Origin: Rhodanobacteraceae bacterium
GTDB taxonomy: Bacteria; Pseudomonadota; Gammaproteobacteria; Xanthomonadales; Rhodanobacteraceae
Direction: 5' to 3'
DNA length: 64,000 bases
Assembly: GCA_035281745.1 (NCBI GenBank)
Contig: DATEDI010000014.1
Location: 40,587-104,586 of the forward strand
The stretch's first letter is position 1, and each line of letters starts with the position of its first letter. The notes beneath the pieces are model-generated. The model was given only the letters and a program-made list of their open reading frames with translations, ran no database searches and was not told where the DNA came from. Made by a program: the position numbers and the translations under genes. Below, one piece after another: positions 62,653-64,000 of the stretch.

Positions 62653-64000
62653 ATGAAACAGGTTCTTTCTCCGATTGTGCTTGCCGCCTCGCTTGCGGTG
62701 CCATTGAGCGCGCAAGCGGGCGATCTCCCGAACGATGCTCGGACGAAAATCGAGCAGTACATGAATGCGGCAGTGAAGGCGGAGCACTTCATGGGCTCGA
62801 TCCTGGTTGCTCGTGGCGACCATGTGATCATTGCCAAGGGCTACGGGATGGCGGATCTGGAGAACCAGGTTCCGAATACGCCGGATACCGAGTTCCGGAT
62901 CGGCTCCGTGACCAAGCAGTTCACTGCCATGGCGATCCTGATGCTGCAGGAAGAGGCCAAGCTGAACGTGCACGATTTGGTATGCAAATACGTGCCGAAG
63001 TGTCCGAAGGATTGGCAGCCCATCACGATTTACGAGCTGTTGACCCACACCTCCGGGATTCCGAATTACACCGAGTTCAAGAACTTCACGGAGGTGATGT
63101 CGCAGTCGATGACGCCAACGCAGATGGTCGCGCTGTTCAAGAACAAGCCACTCGATTTCAAGCCGGGGACCAAGTTCAGCTACAGCAATTCCGGCTACGT
63201 GTTGCTCGGTTACATCCTCCAACGCGTATCCGGCGAGAGCTACGAGCAGTTCTTGCAGCAACACATCTTCGGTCCGGTGGGGATGAAGGACAGCGGCTAC
63301 GACGAGAGTCACCCCACCTCGGCGAACCATGCGAAAGGCTACCGTTACGACGGCAAGTATGAGCCGGCTCCGTACGTGGACATGTCGACACCCTTCAGCG
63401 CGGGCGCCCTCTATTCAACGGTGCGCGATTTGTACACGTGGGACCGTGCGCTCGCCGCAGGCAAATTGATCCCCACGTCGTTGCAAAAGCAAATGTTTGC
63501 GCCGCAGGTGCCCGTACGAGCGGGAGGCGGCAAGGAACCCGTTCACTACGGCTTCGGCTGGTTCATCAGCAAGGAGTTCGGGCACACCGAGTACTCCCAC
63601 GAAGGCGGGATTCCCGGCTTCACTTCATTCAACAGCTGGTTTCCGAAGCAACATGTGTACATCATCGTGCTCGACAACATGCTGTCTCCCCAGGTGGCCA
63701 CTACTGCCAACAGTCTGGCGGCCATTGTCTTCGGACAGAAATACGAGATCCCGAAGCCCTTCAAGGCCATCTCCCTGCCGGCGAAGGAACTGGAAAAATT
63801 CGTCGGCACCTACCAGATGGCTCCCAACGTGTTTCTTGTCATCACGCGAACGGGTGATCAGCTGAAAGCGCAAATGACAGGGCAGCCCGCCTTTCCAATT
63901 TACCCGGAGTCGAAGAACCACTTCTTTCTCAAGGCCGTCCGTTCGCAGATTTTCTTCCGGACCAATGCCCAAGGCAAAGTCACCGGGCTTGCGATATTGC
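62653..64000 (+). CDS. serine hydrolase of the beta-lactamase/PBP4* (class C-related) family, 3' end outside window
   Basis: Not in the supplied ORF track because no stop is reached. My translation from ATG 62653 gives a signal peptide and the motifs SVTKQF (SxxK) and YSNSGY (YxN). The frame stays open to position 64000. Confidence 0.85.
   Translation, partial: MKQVLSPIVLAASLAVPLSAQAGDLPNDARTKIEQYMNAAVKAEHFMGSILVARGDHVIIAKGYGMADLENQVPNTPDTEFRIGSVTKQFTAMAILMLQEEAKLNVHDLVCKYVPKCPKDWQPITIYELLTHTSGIPNYTEFKNFTEVMSQSMTPTQMVALFKNKPLDFKPGTKFSYSNSGYVLLGYILQRVSGESYEQFLQQHIFGPVGMKDSGYDESHPTSANHAKGYRYDGKYEPAPYVDMSTPFSAGALYSTVRDLYTWDRALAAGKLIPTSLQKQMFAPQVPVRAGGGKEPVHYGFGWFISKEFGHTEYSHEGGIPGFTSFNSWFPKQHVYIIVLDNMLSPQVATTANSLAAIVFGQKYEIPKPFKAISLPAKELEKFVGTYQMAPNVFLVITRTGDQLKAQMTGQPAFPIYPESKNHFFLKAVRSQIFFRTNAQGKVTGLAIL

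Overview
This is a high-GC chromosomal segment whose gene content and order resemble a Xanthomonadales/Rhodanobacter-like gammaproteobacterium; that assignment is an inference from gene content only. Most of the window is core genome. In order it carries: the ppiD 3' end, phaB, gluQ, an OPT transporter, htpG and hslR; a response regulator and mutS; a complete Pho locus (phoBR, an OprO/P-type porin, pstSCAB-phoU) with recognisable Pho boxes; cinA-recA-(GFA)-recX-alaS-csrA followed by four tRNAs; a metal-homeostasis stretch (cytochrome c, cueR-copA, an Atm1-type ABC exporter, zur, a Zur-box TonB receptor, a MerC-like protein, czcD); gltX and bTHX; histidine-utilisation genes (hutI, hutF, hutU) with a GNAT/nitrilase fusion; Spy/CpxP, LysR, two aldo-keto reductases, an MFS transporter, a thioredoxin-NHL protein, tpm, a VOC protein and a beta-carbonic anhydrase. 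After hutU there is a small accessory islet: vapBC, a truncated antitoxin fused to a TIR-gene remnant, an orphan ORF, a ParDE-like pair, a STAS-tandem protein and a DUF1615 lipoprotein. The window ends in an open-ended serine-hydrolase gene that is missing from the ORF track. I found no rRNA, CRISPR array, transposase or integrase. The main observations are these. (1) Three covarying GGA-loop hairpin modules lie right after csrA among the tRNAs and are candidate CsrA-binding RNAs. (2) A second GGA-rich, strand-asymmetric structured repeat family occurs at two metal-gene loci. (3) A palindromic repeat element is inserted in frame inside hutF. (4) A GNAT/CN-hydrolase gene is translationally coupled to hutI. 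(5) The toxin-antitoxin islet contains a TIR-gene deletion scar. All functional calls rest on my reading of the translated ORFs and motifs; no database search was run.
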